A DNA stretch of 64,000 nt from Ginglymostoma cirratum. Taxonomy: Eukaryota. The stretch is taken from positions 16,053,325-16,117,324 of the forward strand of contig JAHRHZ010000267.1 in the NCBI GenBank assembly GCA_024137785.1. The letters are read 5' to 3'. Position 1 is the first letter of the stretch; the number at the start of each line of letters is the position of its first letter. Below the pieces are notes generated by a model that saw only the letters and a list, made by a program, of their open reading frames with translations, had not been told where the DNA came from and searched no databases. Below, one piece after another: positions 51,536-64,000 of the stretch. A program made the translations under genes and the position numbers.

Positions 51536-53409
51536 CTATGGTTTGATATACTGAATAGAACAATTTCACAATTAATGGTATTCTTTAGGGGAAAAAAATC
51601 ACAATTTCTTCCTTTAAAATCTGGAGTAGCCTTTATTAAATCCTGAACCTCTAAATTCTTCCTATATATCCCAGCAAGATCAAACACTACTGTTTAGAGA
51701 TTCACAGAAAATATACTGGTTAATAAGCTCACAAATTAGCCATTTAAACCAAAATTTTGCTCCCCATTGATTAGAGGAAAGGAGATTTTATTTCTGCTGA
51801 GTCATCTTCCCAACAGAAATGTTTAAACCTTGTTCTGAGCATGTTAAATTTGAAGAAATAGCCTGTGAAAATGCTGACCGTATTTAGCTTAGGATATGAT
51901 TCACCTTCTGTTTAATTTCTCTCTGCAGAAATGTTCACATCCATGTTGATCTTCCATCTGGGGGGAACGCTCGAGTAAGTTGAAAACTCATTGCTCAACA
52001 GATTGGCTATGTCAGTTTTTCCTCCATAATGGAATATTTCAGCTAGCAGCTTGACTGAAGGTTGATCATGCACTGTTAACCATGTCAGAATGGCTGTCAG
52101 ATGCCCTTATTTGATGCCCTTATTGGACGCTTCATTTTTCCAATGCTTAAAAATCAATTGTGGATATGTTGTTGCAACAAGCAAGTCACCACATGGAAAA
52201 TAAAAGTAAGGTAATGACAACATGGCAAATTAACCGTTCCCTCCATTATCACTGTGAAAAAAATGTTTTGACTAATACGAAAACAAAATATTTTATGCTT
52301 TGCTATGTTTGCAATGAAAACTTATTGGATCCATTAGAACTGCATCCATCCATAAGATATTGTATAGTTTACGAAACAGAAACTAGCATAGTCATGAGAA
52401 AAATATATGGTTTTACCTTGAAGTATTGACACCTATCAATTACTTTTATTTGCACTTCAATACATCACCTTCATAACAGTGTTATAACGGAATAATTGCT
52501 TCTGTATTAGATCATATATTACATTACCTAAAATAGCTGTTGTAATAAATAGTAAGATGATTATTGCCATTCACCATAAATGTTAAAACTGCATCAAGAC
52601 TTGAAAACACTCATAGGAGTTCAGGCAGGTGTCTTTCCTGCAGTGGGGCGCAGCAGCAGCACTGACAGATTGCAGCACTATCAGCTGATATGTCCGATTA
52701 CCCTTTCTTATGGATCCAAAAAGCCAACACAGCATGAGAGCTGAATTAATGCTCGGATAGGCCAGAGAGCTGGAATTTGATAACTGAGCCTGTCAAGAAC
52801 ACACAGAAGGTCAGAGTATATCTGGACACAAACTATTGCAAACAATTTATTGGCTGATTCAGCATCCATCAACAGAGTGCTGTCATTTATCATGGTTGCA
52901 CAGACCTGACAAGTATAAAATTGATTAATATGTTCTTACATTTTCAGAATTTTGCTCCATAAATCATTTTTAGAGTCAATATGTACCTTTTTATGAATGT
53001 CTAGCCAATTAGAAAATCCCTATCTATACAGAAGAGCAATTTTGAGTCTGAAGCTGACTGGCTTCAATTCCAACACAAACCACAATGACATAAAACCTTT
53101 TGCTTTGCTCAACAAAGACATGACTATCTTTCTTTAAGATTGTAAGAGAAAGAAAGGCTCTTTTAAATTTAGATGACACATCTGCCCACAAAAAACGGGA
53201 ATCAAGTGAGCTCTCCATATAAGACACCGTCATCTGATAACTGAAATATAGAATTCCACAGCACACTTAACTCTGGAGAAATATCTGTTCTGATCTAAAT
53301 TTTCACCTACTCTGAAAGTCTCTTGCTAATTCTTGCTGGTCTGCACTTAAACTATTTGGAGATAGGGAGCAGGAAATCTACACACTATGTCCGGTACACT
53401 CAAACTCTA

Positions 53410-53660
53410 AACAAAAACAGAAATTGCTGGAAGAACTCAATAGGTCTGACAGCCTCTATGGAGAGAAAGCAAAGTCACCATTTTGGTCCAGTGACTTTTC
53501 TTCGGAAAAAAAAAATGCTCAGGTCTGAAGAAGGGTCACTGGGCCTGAAGCATTAACTCTGCTTTCTCCGCACAGATGCGGCCAGACTTGCTGCATTTTC
53601 CCAGCAATTTCTGTTCTTTTTGTTTCTGATTTCCAGCATCTGCATTTTTGTTTGTTTAGT
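53410..53660. mobile_element. PLE fold-back (second family) with 16-bp TSD
   Basis: TSD gtac(a/g)ctcaaactcta at 53394-53409 and 53661-53676; inverted arms with decayed hammerhead motifs. Confidence 0.9.
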
Positions 53661-54639
53661 GTACGCTCAAACTCTATCTGTGTGAATTTCTCAAAAGGTT
53701 TGTTTGAAGAGTCTTCAGCATGGTGCAGCGTTGTTCAAAATAACAAATGTTAAAAGATATGACCTACTGGTTTTAAAAATTCAATCACTAACCTGAGTAT
53801 AAAAAACAGTCCATACTATTGCATTGGTTATGAAAAACATTGCTTCTTTTGTTTACTCACTGATGACACTCTGTAAACTTTTCAAACGCGTCAAAAAACA
53901 TTTCAATCATACAATAAATTGACACTGTAATAAATGATATTTGCACACATAAAATACTTCAGGAGGAATTAAAAATCGTGAGGCAATTTAAGAGTGTGAA
54001 CATTATATCAAGATTTGCACAATTTTGTTAAAGAATAAATAATCACTTGTTGTCCTTTTCAGATTTCTGTCATTACAGGCCATAAAATTAAAGTCTCTTC
54101 TTTCTACTGGGACTGACATCCTTTGAAATTTACAGATGTCGATAGTTGTTGCCACACACTCATCGATTGTTGTCCCTGCAGCTTTACTATTAACATTCAT
54201 CCGATAAATTAATCCATAGTTTCCACAGAAGTCCCTCTATTACTCACTATCAGATCAAACTGCTTTAGTCTTGGCTTGTCTTTTGGACAGCTATTCATAG
54301 AATAGTTATTTCTTAGGCCATTGCGTCCCTGTTGTTCACTATGTCCAACCTAACAAACTACCGCAGTATTCAATGATTGACTGTCAACTCTATTAGTGGA
54401 TTGGCTTGACAGTTACTAGCGTTTATTCTTCATAGTTCCACTGAAGTATGTCAATATGAAGTAACTATTCCACTAAGATGAAACATTTTGAAGCACAGGT
54501 TAAGTTGGATCTGACAACTGCATCATCATAAAAGATCCTTATCTTGTTTCCAGGGGTATGTTTCTCTGAGGCAATACTCAATCGACAGGAAACACGTTCA
54601 TGGCTGATTTCATCCTTTCCTGGTAGTTTCAATTGTTTA

Positions 54640-54870
54640 TTGTTACATCACCTCCAACTTTCGCTTCAAGTCACGCACCACCCTGACTTGGAAGTACATG
54701 AAATTCCTTCAGCATTGCTGTATCAAAGTCCTGCATTACGGTCTGGAATATATACAATACACAGATTGCAATGGTTTAAGAAGGCAGCTCACCGCTGTCC
54801 TCTCAAGGGTGATTAGAGATCAGTCGTAAATGCCTGCCTTGCTAGTATTGCGCCCCTTTTGTGAGTGAAT
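54640..54870 (+). mobile_element. CR1-like family A 3' end
   Basis: ttaagaaggcagctcaccgc...ctcaaggg..attag is the reverse complement of about 6700-6735. Confidence 0.78.
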
Positions 54871-57800
54871 CATGAATGTATTAACTGTTTGACTACCAGT
54901 TGCTGTAATGCTGCAATTAATGTCTGTAATCAGACTCTCTATTGTTTTCTGCTAACAATGTGGCCACAACAACAGTGGATGAAGTTTAATAATGATAACT
55001 GCCAGTTAATGCTTTCTGTTGGTCTGCAAAACAGACAGGGATCTTTTTTGCAAGTGTTTGCAGAGATTTGCTGTGTACATGACAAACACAATATCATCGT
55101 CTACTGACTCAACTACTTTTTTTTTAAACAAAAACTACATTGACAAGTTGCGAGGTATGAATACTTATAAACTGGGGTGAAAGAAATCTTTCAGCACAGA
55201 CGTTAGATACTATGGTCTTTGGTTAATTCTCTTGGGCAAATGGTGTTTTGCTTAATAGGCAATTTTACTATCAAGTGGTATCAAGACAAAAGAACCACAC
55301 TTCCAAGTCATGACTTGTTAACAACACAGTAAATAAGCCCTTAAGGCTGACAGTAATGCATTACCTAAGAAGTAGGAATATGGACTAGGAATATTCCTCA
55401 CTATCAGGACGGCTGAGAAACTACCCAGCCAGAGTTTAGAAGTCTTGGCACCCTAATGCTTATTAAAAAGAAGAAGCTAATTGTTTATTTTCTCTCCTGT
55501 TCATAAACCCTCATCCCCCATTTTTTCCCACTTACATGGTTCCATGTGATAAAGGAATATGTGAGAATTTAAAAATATTTAAGGTAAGTATGTGCAAAAT
55601 GTAGAATGTGTCCAAATGTGTTCTTGGGGTAAAAGTGCAGCTGTATGCACCTATGATAGGTGAGGTATGCACAACCTGTAAAGCATGTTTCTACATTCCA
55701 CTGGTGTTCGGTGTTTTCTCTTGGTAAAGCAGTCGAAACAGTTATGGCAAAGTTGAAAATGAACCATCGGAGACAGTCCATCCAGGGCCAAAACCTCTAT
55801 GCTAATAACTGTATCAAACATATGAGCAAATAATCACAACTGTGTTCAAAGGTGCCGAAAAGTACTCATTGTGTTACATTCTAACCAAAATGCATCATGC
55901 TTTCCAGGAAGTTAAATTCCATTTGTTGACTAATTCCATTTTAACTTTTTTATTCCTTTCATTTGCTTATCACTCACTATTCAACATTGGAAAGCTATGA
56001 ATTTCTGTGCACATTCCTTGACCAATGCTACTATATCAATCAGTCAAAAAGATGCATATTTATTAAGGACAAGGAGTGAACATTAATGTCAGTGATGCAG
56101 CATTTACCTGGAATCTTAAAGGAGAACTGATAAAAGTCCTAATTTTGAAGAAAATCTTTCAGATTGCTAAACTTGTAATAGCGTATTAATGGTGTTTTTG
56201 TTTAAAGAGAACTTCTACAGAGAGAAGAAAATAACAGCATGAGTAAATTCAGGAAAATTCTTTGTTCTACTAATGGGATGTAATACCCAAGGATATCAAA
56301 GAAACCCCACGAAAAAATTGGACTGTGCTCTTTAATGACCATGCATATAATGAGGGCTTGACAAACCCCTGCTCAACAGCAAGTTACCCCTGCAGATTAT
56401 GGAAAATTAACCACAAGTCAGGAATCGATTGTAGATTACAATGCCCTTAGGTGTTTGCAATGCATGCCAGTAGATGTATCAATGCAAGCAGAGGAGTGAA
56501 CAGCAGTGTTTAAAATTAATGGACCAAATATGGTGAAGTCCACATGGGCAGCTGGTACAAGGAACAGCCAGAAAATTCAAATGATTTTACTATAGCTAAG
56601 CTGGTTCCTTGCGTAGAAGAAAACAATGGTTTGTAATTCCCATTGAAAGAATAATCTTCCTGAACAACTACATTTCTCCTATTGTTGCCATATCTGAAAG
56701 TTCTAAAAAGCACAATTCTGAAGATGCTGGAAGTCTGTAATTAAAACAGATGCAGTATGGCATTTTCATCAATTTTTATTTGGTAGTTATTTCTTTTGAT
56801 TATCTGCATCTCTTTCATGACCACAAACATGATTGTTTGAATGATAATTTGACATGCATGATAGTTATATAGATGAATTGTCACCATATTTGTATTTTAG
56901 TTCTACACTAAAATCAAACAAATTAATTCTGTGTTTTCATCAGTATTCAAAATAACTGTTTGCACTGAAGTGATTTTAAAAGGGGATGATTAAAAACTTG
57001 ACTGAAGAAATTTGTTTATAGAGAGGTTTAAGGGAGAAGAGGAACATGGAGAAATGAAGGATTTTAGGAAGAGAATTGGTGAATGTGTACCCTAGGTAGC
57101 AACATGGACAATCAACAATGGTGGCATGAAGTGTAGATAGAGCAGAGGTAGGTATGTAATGGAGGTATGATGAGGGTTAGTAGGACTCAAGCCAAAAGAG
57201 TTTTGGATTAACTGAAGTTTAAAGACAGGAAGCTAAGAGCAATTGAATAGTCATGTCTAGGAGTGGTTAAGGCATTGTGAAGGAAAAAAGATTGTATACC
57301 AATGCCTTTTCTTTCAATGAACATGAAATGGCCTTGTATTATCTAAGGATTCTGGAAGATAGGGTTGCATCACTGACTGCGAAAAGGATTGCATGAAGTT
57401 ATCCTTGTTCGAGTCCAGCTACTCAACAGTTGCCAGTATGATCCCTTTCATGGATAACAAATTACAGTGAAAAGGAAGGCAATTACATTCATTTTGAAGT
57501 AATTTGGTGAATAATACAAAATGTAGTAATCTAACAACTTTGATCCAACCATGGCAAGCAACGTATTCTGCAGGATAACAATTAAATGGTTTGATGTGAT
57601 TATGAAATGTCAAATCTTTGGAAAATAAATGTTTCACTGTTAAAATAAAAATTGCATTTTCTTTGCTCAGAATAAACTTTGGGGTTTTTGTTTAGAAAGT
57701 ATTCAGTCAGTAGGGTTGTTACACTGAAAAACATTGAGATATCATGTGCTTTCATTTACTGAATACAGTGATCATTAAATTCAATAAGCATAATCCTCAA

Positions 57801-59159
57801 AATGCATCAGAGTATTTTCAATTGGACTTACTAAACACCTAACTATTGATAAATATATCTATTAAATATTGGTCTAACTATAAGTTAATATAAGGTCCTA
57901 TGGAATCACAACTTCCAAGGCTTAATGTTATGAAAATAATATTTAAAATAATGCATACATTTTGAGGATTAATTTCCAGATTCAGAAATATTTAAGATTC
58001 TGCTATCTCTAACAAACATGTGTCATATAATCAAACATGTCTGCCTCAGTAAGAAATGTTTCAGTGCACAGGAGATGTGTGCGCCAATGTAATTTTCAAA
58101 GCCTGGAATCGAATGTTTCAAAGCTGTTTTCCTACTGAGTGTCAATGTGTGTGGAAGGGATATGCAGTGCTCATGCTCTTTTTACTGTCATGCGAGAACT
58201 ATGAACAAAGGAAAAAGAGATGCAGCCATTATGGACATAGACCATTTAAAACAAAATCCAGAATACAACAGCTTTGCGGGCAGAAACTGAGGTTCTGGAA
58301 CCGAGCAAAAGCATTGCTGCTATTTCAGTACTGCATAACCAAGCTTGCACTATAATGGAAGGTCAGCTTGTTAACGTTTTGTTTTAGCATAATCTACATG
58401 AGGCAATAGCAATGCGCCAGGGTCACTCACAGGTTCCTGTTTCAGCAGCTTTTAAAGGACTCATGGTTGCTCTTCACAGGTTACTATGACTGCATTTAGG
58501 GAAAAATGAGAGAAAAGATGTTTATGACTGTTGAATGTAAAAGCCGTAGAGATTCCGCTAGTGGAGATCCTATAAAGAAGGATAGCTTTTTTTAAGATGA
58601 TGAGGAATACCTCGGGGATCAAAGCATTAACAGGGAATTGGATGGTAAAGAGATTTGAGATGAGCTTCATCCACAGAAGTCCCCGTACGGCCAATGTCTC
58701 AAACAGCTTTATTTAAACAGCTCAAACAGCTATATTTAATCTGACTTTAAGTGCTGATTTCTGTTAAGACTGAAAGAGAGGTGGAAAGGGAGGTACGTAG
58801 CGCCTTTAAGCCAAATATATTTGCATTTTTAAGTCACATCGGCCTTAACTTAGGAGAAGGTAGCTCTGATTTCAAAACTACCCCCTAAAGGTGAATTGGC
58901 AAGGTACACATCGGCATACATCAGTGTAGAAAATGATCAATAAAGCCAGTGGACTAAACACCCATGCCAATGATAGATGAGGTTCTTCAGCATATTCAGC
59001 AACTCATCTTGGAGAAGGGCAACCCGAAAAATCAAACCTGCATCCTTTCAGTTGCAAGTTGTTTTAGCTGCCTTGGACAAGGCAGTGAGAGATGCTCTAC
59101 ATAAACACCACCCACTTAAATGTCAGCGGAATATTGAGCAAATCATCAGCCAAAACTAA

Positions 59160-59254
59160 GACCTCTGAAGAAGGGTCTAGACCCGAAATGTCAGCTTTCC
59201 TGCTCCTCTGATGCTGCTTGGCCTGCTGTGTTCATCCAGCTCTACACCTTGTTA
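59160..59254 (+). mobile_element. PLE terminus with hammerhead motif
   Basis: CTGAAGA-a-gggt-ctag-accc-GAAAtGTC then the terminal sequence ending ccttgtta. Confidence 0.88.
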
Positions 59255-59318
59255 ACCAAAAGCGCAAATGCACTCCAGATCCAAACACTGGCATGAGTTG
59301 AATTATGTTGTTGAATGT

Positions 59319-60795
59319 AACCTCTTCCTCCGTTATATCGATGACTGTATCAGCGCCGCCTCATGCTCCCACGAGGAGCTCGAACAGTTCATCCACTTCA
59401 CTAACACTTTCCACCCCAACCTTAAGTTCACCTGGACCCTCTCTGATACCTCTCTCTCCTTCTTGGACCTCTCTGTCTCCATCTCTGGCATCCACCTGGA
59501 AACTGATATCCATTTCAAGCCTACTGACTCCCACAGCTACCTAGAATACACGTCCTCTCACCCACCTTCCTAGAAAAAGGCCATCCCCTATTACCAATTC
59601 CTTCGCCTCCGCCGCATCTGCTCCCGAGATGAGGCATTCCACTCCCGGACATCCCAGATGTCCTCGTTTTTCAAGGACCGCAACTTCCCCTCCACAGTGG
59701 TCGAAAATGCCCTGGACTGTGTCTCTTGCATTTTCCGCAACTCATCCCTCACACCCGCTACCCGCAATAACAACCAAAACACAATCCCCCTCGTCCTCAC
59801 GTACCACCCCACCAACCTCCAAATCCAACGCACCACCCTCCGATACTTCTGCCATCTGCAATCTGACCCCACTACCAAAGACATTTTTCCCTCCCCACCC
59901 TTATCTACTTTCAGGAAGGACCACTCTCTCCGTGACTCCCTTGTACACTCCACACTCCCCACCAGCCCCACCACACCCGGCACTTTTCCCTGCAACCGTA
60001 GGAAGTGCTACACCTGCCCCCACACCTACCCCCTCATCCCCATCCCAGGCCCTAAGAAGTCCTTCCACATCAAACAGATGTTCACCTGCACGTCTGCTAA
60101 TGTGGTATACTGTATCCGCTGTTCCCGTTGTGGCCTCCTCTACATCGGGGAAACCAAGTAGAAGCTTGGGGACTGCTTTGTGGAACACCTACTCTCGGTT
60201 CGTAACAAACAACTACACCTGCCAGTCACAAACTATTTAAACTCCCCCTCCCACTCCTTGGACAACATGTCCATCCTTGGCCTCCTGCATTGCCACAATG
60301 ATGCCGCCCGAAGGCTGCAGGAGCAGTATCTCATATTTCACTTGGGAACCCTGCAGCCCAATGGTATCCATGTGGACTTCACAAGCTTCAAAATCTCCCC
60401 TCCCCCAACCGCATCCCAAAATCAGTCCAGCTCGTCCCCGCCTCCCTAACCATTCCTCCTGCCTCAAGCCCCACCCCCATCTCCTGCCTACTAACCTCAT
60501 CCCGACTTCTTGACCTGTCCGTCCTCCCTGGACTGACCTATCCCCTCCCTAACTCCCCACCTACATTCACCTTTACTGCCTCCAACCCCGCCTCTTTGAC
60601 CTGTCTGTCTCCTCTCCACCTATCTTCTCCTTTATCCATCTTCTATCCGCCTCCCCCTCTCTCCCTATTTATTTCAGAATCCCCTTCTCCTCCCCCATTT
60701 CTGAAGAAGGGTCGAGGCCCAAAACATCAGCTTTCCTGCTCCTCTGATGCTGCTTGGCCTGCTGTGTTCATCCAGCTCTACACCTTGTTATCTCA
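59319..60795 (+). mobile_element. 5'-truncated PLE: RT C-terminus, linker, GIY-YIG endonuclease, 3' UTR
   Basis: LFLRYIDDCI, FHPNLKFT, SFLDL, KPTDSHSYLEYTSSHP, CNRRKCYTC, NVVYCIRCSRCGLLYIGETK; in-frame stops at about 59571 and 60159. Confidence 0.96.
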
Positions 60796-60994
60796 GTGAC
60801 AGGCACTGTCATTGTTCCCTGAGAGGTGCAGAATGCTGGTCTGACCATTGGTTTGAAGTATTGTGCCTTTGGAGATAAAATCTAAGGCATTTGGCACAAA
60901 TTCAAGCCACAAAAGAAACTTGTTGTTACTATTATTAAAGATGTGACCAAGTGGCAAGAACTGAAACACATACTAGCTGCAGAAATTTACTTAA

Positions 60995-61060
60995 TTTTTC
61001 ATTGGATGTGTATGTCGCTGGCTGGGTCAACATTTATTTGCTGATCCCTAATTCCACTGG
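60995..61060 (-). mobile_element. Family A LINE or SINE tail
   Basis: gtcgctggctgggtcaacatttatttgctgatccctaatt. Confidence 0.65.
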
Positions 61061-61199
61061 GGACGTAATGATGATTACTGATATCCTGGAGTACAATACT
61101 ACCAATGAAGATTCTTGGAAAATGTTAAATGATGTTACTTACAGCACGGCTTTTGAGGTCCTAGGATTTAATGAATGGAACTAACACGTATAGTTTGAC

Positions 61200-61900
61200 A
61201 AGAATGACCTAGATATAAACAAGCTCCTGAACAAGGTGTACAAGTGACAAGAAATCACTAGCAAGGAATACCTGATACTCTTGCATTAAAAAAAAATGCT
61301 GCATCCCAAAACAACAGCAATGAAGACCAATGGTGGGAAAATAAGGTTGATGAACTTCAAGATGTTAGTGATAAAAACGACCTGAAGGCTTACAAGATGA
61401 TCTGCAATCAGTCCGTGGACAGAAAGCCAATGGTGTGACAACTATCCTCTGAACAGATGGTAATCAGCTCCTAAGAAACAGACACGAGATTCTCTCTTGT
61501 TGGGTAAGGCACTTCAGCAATTTATTAAACCAAGAACTAATTTGCACATTGATACCACTAAACCACAGCGGAAGAGCTCGCTCTCGATAGTAGAACTCAA
61601 TGTCATATTACAGCTTTACATGGGAAAATGTAAATGTAAATGACGACACTCCACCTGAAGTATTTCAGCATGGAGGAACACACATAATTAGGAAACTCAC
61701 TAGCCTTTTCTACCTAATCTGCAGCCAGTGTGTTTCATCCCAAGCTACAAGATGCCTCCATAACTCACCTTCTCTTCAAGTAAAGATCCAGGGGTTTTTA
61801 CATTACTTTGTATGGATGCGAGACTTGGATAACCTACAAGCATTACATAAAGCATTTCATTTTTGCTGCCTGATATCTATTTGTAATATTAGGTGAAATG
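61200..61900 (+). mobile_element. RTE-clade LINE remnant
   Basis: WWENKVDELQDVSDKNDLK, ILSCWVRHFSNLLN, PPEVFQHGG, LLLYGCETW. Confidence 0.75.
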
Positions 61901-62059
61901 ACATAATTATCAAGTGGGTTACACTCTTCTATCATACTTACAGATATTTTATAATCCTCACATAATGTTGCACTGTCATTTGCATTGGTATTACTGATAT
62001 GCTTGTGATTTTCTATATGCTAGCTAATGTAACGTATTCTACAGACAACTGGTGTCTTA

Positions 62060-62370
62060 TTGAGACAGCTACTGGGGAGCTATCAGGTTAGATGCTGTGG
62101 ACGGGAGATCTACCAAAGTGATGAGGTTGTTGATGGTCTGGACATTGCTGGCTTGGTGATCACAGGTTGGGTCACGATTGAGACGACAAAGGAGGAGGTG
62201 TCAAAGAGTTGACATCTGGCCTCAGCGATGTAAAGGTCAGTACACCATACTAGCACTGTGTCCCCCTTGTTGGTGGGTTTAATAGTGAGGTTGGGGTTGG
62301 AGTGAAGGGAGCGGAGAACGATGTGTTACAAGGAGGAGAGGTTGGAATCAGAGAGGGGTGAAGACATCCC
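62060..62370 (-). mobile_element. PLE N-terminal RT region remnant
   Basis: Minus strand LRSLHSNPNLTIKPTNKGDTVLVWCTDLYIAEARCQL (cf. the PLE IKPADKGG motif). Confidence 0.8.
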
Positions 62371-62409
62371 AGCTACTAATGTGCCCTGTGCAAAAATGGA
62401 AAGAAGAAA

Positions 62410-63400
62410 AGAAAATGTTAACCATAGGCCAGTAAGCTCAATATTTGTAATTGGGAAGATGTTAGAGTCCATTTTAAATGACATAATCATGGAGTAGTAT
62501 TAGGATTAATAATTTTAAATTGTGTATTTAGAAACACATAAGATAATTAAGCAGAGTTAGCATGGCTTCATGAAGGGGAAATTATTCCTGAAAATCTAGT
62601 AGAGATCTTTGAGGAGATAATAGGCAGAATAGGTAAAGAAGAATTAGTAAATGAGACAAATTTAGATTTCTAAAAAGTACTCAATAGGCTACTATACTTA
62701 ATGAAATGAGCCTATAGAGTTGCAAGCAGTATATTAGAATGGATAGATGATTGCTTAACTAAAGAAGACAGAGATTTGGGATTAAGCCGGCAATTTCAGG
62801 ATGGCAATCCGTAATTCATGGACTCCTGAAGGGATTTGTGCTGGACCCAAATTTATTTACAATCAGTTGGATGGCAGAAGTGAATGTAGTATAGCCAAGT
62901 TTGCGGATCACACAAAAGTAGGTGGCAAGGCAGATAGTGACGATGGCAAAAATGGACAACAATGGAATATAGGTAGGTTGAGTGAATGGGTGAAAATTTG
63001 GCAGATGGAATACCATTTTGCAAATTGAGAGGGATGTATTTTGGCATCAAGAATGGAGAAATGCTACAGAAAGCTGCAGCACAAAAGGATTTGAGGATCC
63101 CTGTGCACGAATTGTAAAAAGCCAGCACTCAAATTCACCAAGTAATAGGGGAGGCAAATGGATTGTAGGCCTTTGTTTCAAAGAGAGTGGTGTGTAAAAA
63201 TTGGGAGATGTCACTAAACTATACAAGGCATGAGTCAGGCCGCAGGTGAAATATTATGAACAATTTTGGCCCTCTTATCTAAGTAAAGATAGACTAGCAT
63301 TAGAGGCAGTCCAGAGAAGGTTCACAAATTTGATTCCAAGTGTGGGGGGATTTTCTGGAGAGGAGAAACTCAGTAGGTTGGGCTTGAATTCATTGGAATA
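62410..63400 (+). mobile_element. Degenerate CR1 ORF2 (RT) fragment
   Basis: HGFMKGK, IAKFADHTKVGG, RLSEWVKIWQMEY, LEAVQRRFT. Confidence 0.88.
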
Positions 63401-64000
63401 AGGGAAGAGAAGATACATGAGTCAGGGTGAGTGGTTGTCATAGATTTCCTTGAATGAACATTGTGTCATTTTGGTGTTCAGGGATTGTCTCTGATTTGTG
63501 CTTGGCACAGTAGGTCAGACTGGCATGTGGATGAATGGTTGCATAAACATGACAAATTGCAATTTGCAGCATGTCTCAGATCACAAATGCAATAAAGGTG
63601 TTGAAGGAGCATTCATGACCTGTTGCTGGAGCTGGCGTGGGAGTGCTCAGTGTTCTGTATCCTGTGAAGGGGAATGATGGCTATTATGGGGTGTGAGAGT
63701 GTTTGATTTGAAGTGAAGGTGTAGTAGCTGAGCCATGGTAACCTGATGTGTGAACTGCTGCTTGGGCTTTCTTTAAAACTCAAGAGAGTTTTAGGAATGA
63801 ACAATATACAGCACTGGTGCAGCACAGTACTCAAAAGGTAGGATAGATAGAGAACGTGGACTTAGAATGGTGAACAGAATTATGCATTGGTTTTACAAAG
63901 GAATCTAGTCAATGGGCCAGCTCACGTAGGGAAACAATGTTCCAGCTGAACATCAAACTACACAACCTTTATAGTTCAAGGGTCTAGCGATGTGGTAGAG

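Noticed and set aside
52638-52655. CTCF site (cctgcagtggggcgc)
   Set aside because: Spacing and several positions deviate from the core consensus
56520-56636. Short protein-like frame WTKYGEVHMGSWYKEQ...
   Set aside because: Bounded by stops with no acceptor site

Overview
This is vertebrate nuclear DNA. The repeat families (CR1/HER1-like LINEs, a SacSINE1-type Deu-domain SINE, abundant GIY-YIG Penelope-like elements) point to a cartilaginous fish, probably a shark; that is an inference from repeat content. I found no host protein-coding gene, and every ORF I could assign to a protein family is a retroelement or DNA-transposon remnant. Much of the window is interspersed repeat: many 5'-truncated CR1 LINEs of two families, a Tx1 LINE, an RTE remnant, a Harbinger transposase fossil, several LTR-like segments, two SINE types and about 15 Penelope-like element (PLE) copies. 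The most coherent system is the PLE set. These are fold-back (inverted pLTR) insertions carrying minimal hammerhead-ribozyme motifs, flanked by uniform 13-16 bp target-site duplications (TSDs), with a reproducible short-arm/long-arm end asymmetry. One apparently young subfamily has diagnostic changes that improve ribozyme helix I. The unique DNA between repeats contains enhancer-like blocks and a few well-formed + strand candidate exons. A 400-N gap lies at 21932-22331. Family names come from recalled consensus motifs, not database searches, and boundaries of old elements are approximate.
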